Shown here: piece by piece, positions 62,485 to 64,000 of the stretch
How positions within the stretch are numbered: position 1 is the stretch's first letter
Layout of the letters: every line of letters begins with the position of its first letter
Assembly (NCBI GenBank): GCA_951804945.1
Contig: OX638152.1
Span: 78,988,001-79,052,000, forward strand
Length of the DNA stretch: 64,000 nt
Direction: 5' to 3'
Origin: Podarcis cretensis
Lineage: Eukaryota
Notes under the pieces: model-generated
What the model saw: only the letters and a program-made list of their open reading frames with translations
The model's database searches: none
Told to the model about the DNA's origin: nothing
Translations under genes and position numbers: made by a program

Positions 62485-62935
62485 GTCTACACTGACTGCT
62501 GGCAACAGCTTTCCAGGGTTCATTAACAGCCTGATCTGAAGATGGCAGGGATTGAGCTTGCATATATTCCAGGGGCTCCTTTTTTAAGTGGGACATTCTG
62601 GATTGACAGAAGGCTCCCCAGCTTCTGATCCCCATCTCAGATGTCCCATATTGGATCCCATGCTCTGGCTGTGCCAAACCGCCAGACCGAAAGACGTGTG
62701 TTTTTGGGTTCCATGCTGTGGCGCAAGTTTGTTTGCTCACAACAGAGCGTGGGTTGAAAAAAACGGAAGTGAAACTTACCTTGACCTGTGCATCACCACT
62801 CTTCTTCCTCCTTAACCTATTAATCTTAACCTGTTAATGCTGATTCAACTTTGTATGCCCTGAATTCACAGTATTTTAAACAGTCAAGTACTGCTGTTTC
62901 TTAAGTCTGCACTTTCAAAGGTTGGTTGAAAACTT

Positions 62936-63290
62936 AATAATAATAATAATAAATTATTTATATCCCGCCCTTCCGCAGCCAAAGCCAGGCTCAGAGCGGC
63001 TAACAACAGTAAAATAATACAACATTCTAAAATCATTTCATTATAAAATTAATTCAAATCAAGCCACTGGCAACCATTGGGCCAGAGCTCCATGAAGATT
63101 GCCGAGGGAGGGAGTCAGGCTGTGCCCTGGCCAAAGGCCTGGTGGAACAGCTCTGTCTTGCAGGCCCTGCAGAAAGATGTCAAGTCCCGCAGGGCCCTAG
63201 TCTCTTGTGACAGAGCGTTCCAACAGATCAGAGCCACAGCCGAAAAAGCCCTGGCTCCTAACCTCTCTGTGGCCCGACACCTCCAAGATG
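62936..63290 (-). mobile_element. L2-like LINE 3' end
   Basis: GARAFSAVAL.CWNAL...SFCRACKTELF.QAF is a typical ORF2 C-terminus, followed by ...GGGCGGGATATAAATAA and a (TTA)n tail. Confidence 0.75.
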
Positions 63291-64000
63291 TTTTTGTTTG
63301 AAGACCATAAGTTCCTCTGTGGAACTTAATTTTGAACATGGTGCAACCCTGGGATTTCTCCCCCTCTGCCCTCCCAGGGAACTGCTCATACCCACTGTGC
63401 TTGAACAGAGTGTCCTTACTTCACCACTAAGGCTCAAGGAACAAAGATTCAGGGTCATGTGGCCAAAGACACCTCATTCCCCCCCCCCCCTTATAGAAAT
63501 CTAAGCATCATTGCTAGCACACATACTAGATAGTTAGCTCCGCTGAACACAGGGGGACTTGCATCCAAAGAAACATACAGAGGACTGCACTGCTAGCGCT
63601 GGTATTCTCTAGAATAAAACTGCTAAGTACACATAAATTGTACCAAATATTTTAAATATCAGCTCAGTTCCTTTTCTCTTTGTACCTTTTAGTCCTTCTG
63701 CTGTTCAACAGGTTCCTGGTGGCTCATAAAGCAATATAAGATTAATCAGATACTTGCTTTGGAGTTAATTCTGGAAAATATTATTTCAAAGTTTAATATT
63801 CTCTTCTAATCCTCTTTGCCTTACTCGCATTAGTGTGCCTTCAGACAAATATTATAATAAAAGCTTTAGTATCTCAATTGCAATAATACAGGATTTAGAA
63901 TTGTCGCTAATATCTAATAGTGATGCTTATGTCACACAGTCTGTTGTGTTAATGTTTCAGACCTTGCACTCTAGTGAACTTTCAGATGACTAAGTAAATA

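Overview
This is eukaryotic, repeat-rich DNA from a squamate, most likely a lacertid lizard given the Podarcis-type Sauria SINEs. It carries two protein-coding genes on opposite strands whose 3' ends are interleaved. (+) strand: exons 2-4 of a TMT-type (OPN3/encephalopsin family, probably TMT2) non-visual ciliary opsin at 5948-6267, 13502-13735 and 31351-31590; exon 1 is not in the window. (-) strand: the complete five-exon CDS of ST6GAL2 at 57129-56184, 46278-46181, 43760-43659, 40497-40323 and 29639-29386 (1575 nt, 524 aa), with a probable ~6.2 kb 3'UTR ending near 23200. The last ST6GAL2 exon and its 3'UTR lie inside the last opsin intron, and the last opsin exon lies inside the last ST6GAL2 intron. 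The opsin keeps the Schiff-base Lys and the E181 equivalent but has Arg at the normally Gly 182 position. The rest is intronic sequence with Sauria SINEs, other tRNA-derived SINEs, CR1/L2/Rex1 LINE fragments, two defective Tc1 elements, many Tc1/mariner-type and hAT-type MITEs, three solo LTRs with 5-bp TSDs, and a 17-bp palindromic LTR-end footprint. Family names and ortholog comparisons come from recall, not from a database search.
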